This document shows, in pieces, positions 63,523 to 64,000 of a stretch of 64,000 bases of DNA (its first letter is position 1; each line of letters begins with the position of its first letter). A model generated the notes under the pieces. That model was not told where the DNA came from, did not search any database, and was given only the letters and a program-made list of their open reading frames with translations. The translations under genes and the position numbers were made by a program. Source of the stretch: Lytechinus pictus (lineage: Eukaryota); assembly GCF_037042905.1 (NCBI RefSeq), contig NC_087252.1:22136001-22200000 (forward strand). The letters are read 5' to 3'.

Positions 63523-63975
63523 CTAATATTCTAACAAACAGGACTTTGCTTTATGTCCTAACCTAAAACAACGGCGACATTGGAGCCGAAAACTATAACG
63601 GCATCGAGAACTGTTATGATTGTATTCACCACAGTTATAACAACCTGAGTAATCCTTATAATAATCAGATTGATCAGGATGAATGGACTCTTTGACTGTA
63701 TCAGCAAAGGAACGGGTCTGTGGATCAGAAGACATGTATGCCTGTTGACGTTGAAATATAGCATCATCATTTCTAAGATCGTTTCTATGGTCATCCTTGA
63801 AGTGGTTACGCTGATCGTCTTGGTACGACTGTCGCGATGTAACTGAAGGCATGTAAGCATTATGGTAAGACCTGACATTGCTTCTGTTAGGGATTCTTTG
63901 AAGTCCTTGTTGATTTCTTGTCGAAGTATAAAATGACGGGTTAGTGGATGTATTTGACCGTATAAGACGAAAACG
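63523..63975 (-). CDS. LINE ORF1 C-terminal part with two CCHC zinc knuckles
   Basis: CYNCGEYNHNSSRC and CRRCFRLGHKAKSC. The frame is open back to an in-frame TAG at 63976-63978, which may be a disabling mutation. Confidence 0.78.
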   Translation of the reverse strand, partial: RFRLIRSNTSTNPSFYTSTRNQQGLQRIPNRSNVRSYHNAYMPSVTSRQSYQDDQRNHFKDDHRNDLRNDDAIFQRQQAYMSSDPQTRSFADTVKESIHPDQSDYYKDYSGCYNCGEYNHNSSRCRYSFRLQCRRCFRLGHKAKSCLLEY

Positions 63976-64000
63976 CTAATTTCTTTGATTGCTATCATTT

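Larger units (their letters stand above)
59716..64000 (-). mobile_element. Non-LTR retrotransposon of the CR1 group (L2/Crack-like), 5' end outside the window
   Basis: ORF1 with zinc knuckles, an APE-RT ORF2, and an ~800 nt 3'UTR ending in a stem-loop (cagga...tcctg) and a (TAAA)n tail. It interrupts ccggggtaatagtat|gcagcgc, which is uninterrupted in the duplicate at about 17620. Confidence 0.93.

Overview
AT-rich, repeat-dense eukaryotic DNA, probably from an invertebrate deuterostome such as a sea urchin (inferred from the repeat landscape only). I reconstructed genes by hand from splice signals; most exons are not in the ORF track. (1) A two-exon galactose-3-O-sulfotransferase gene on the minus strand (9097->3965, 399 aa). 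(2) A nine-coding-exon gene on the minus strand (45861->13685, 280 aa). It encodes a secreted precursor with this order: signal peptide, acidic saposin-B domain, Cys-free cationic amphipathic peptide ending in G-RKRR, acidic spacer, second saposin-B domain. (3) The last four exons of a tandem paralog of gene 2 (58851->55918), part of a segmental duplication about 42 kb away. Its intron 5 carries a CR1/L2-group LINE with an intact ORF2 that is in frame with ORF1 across a single TAG. The introns hold nested DNA transposons: a Transib with RSS-like ends and a transposase remnant, a 4.7 kb foldback, and hAT, Harbinger, CACTA, Kolobok, piggyBac, MuDR and Helentron-like elements. There are also SINEs, microsatellites and a tRNA-like gene with a UCA anticodon. 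No database search was possible, so all novelty claims are provisional.
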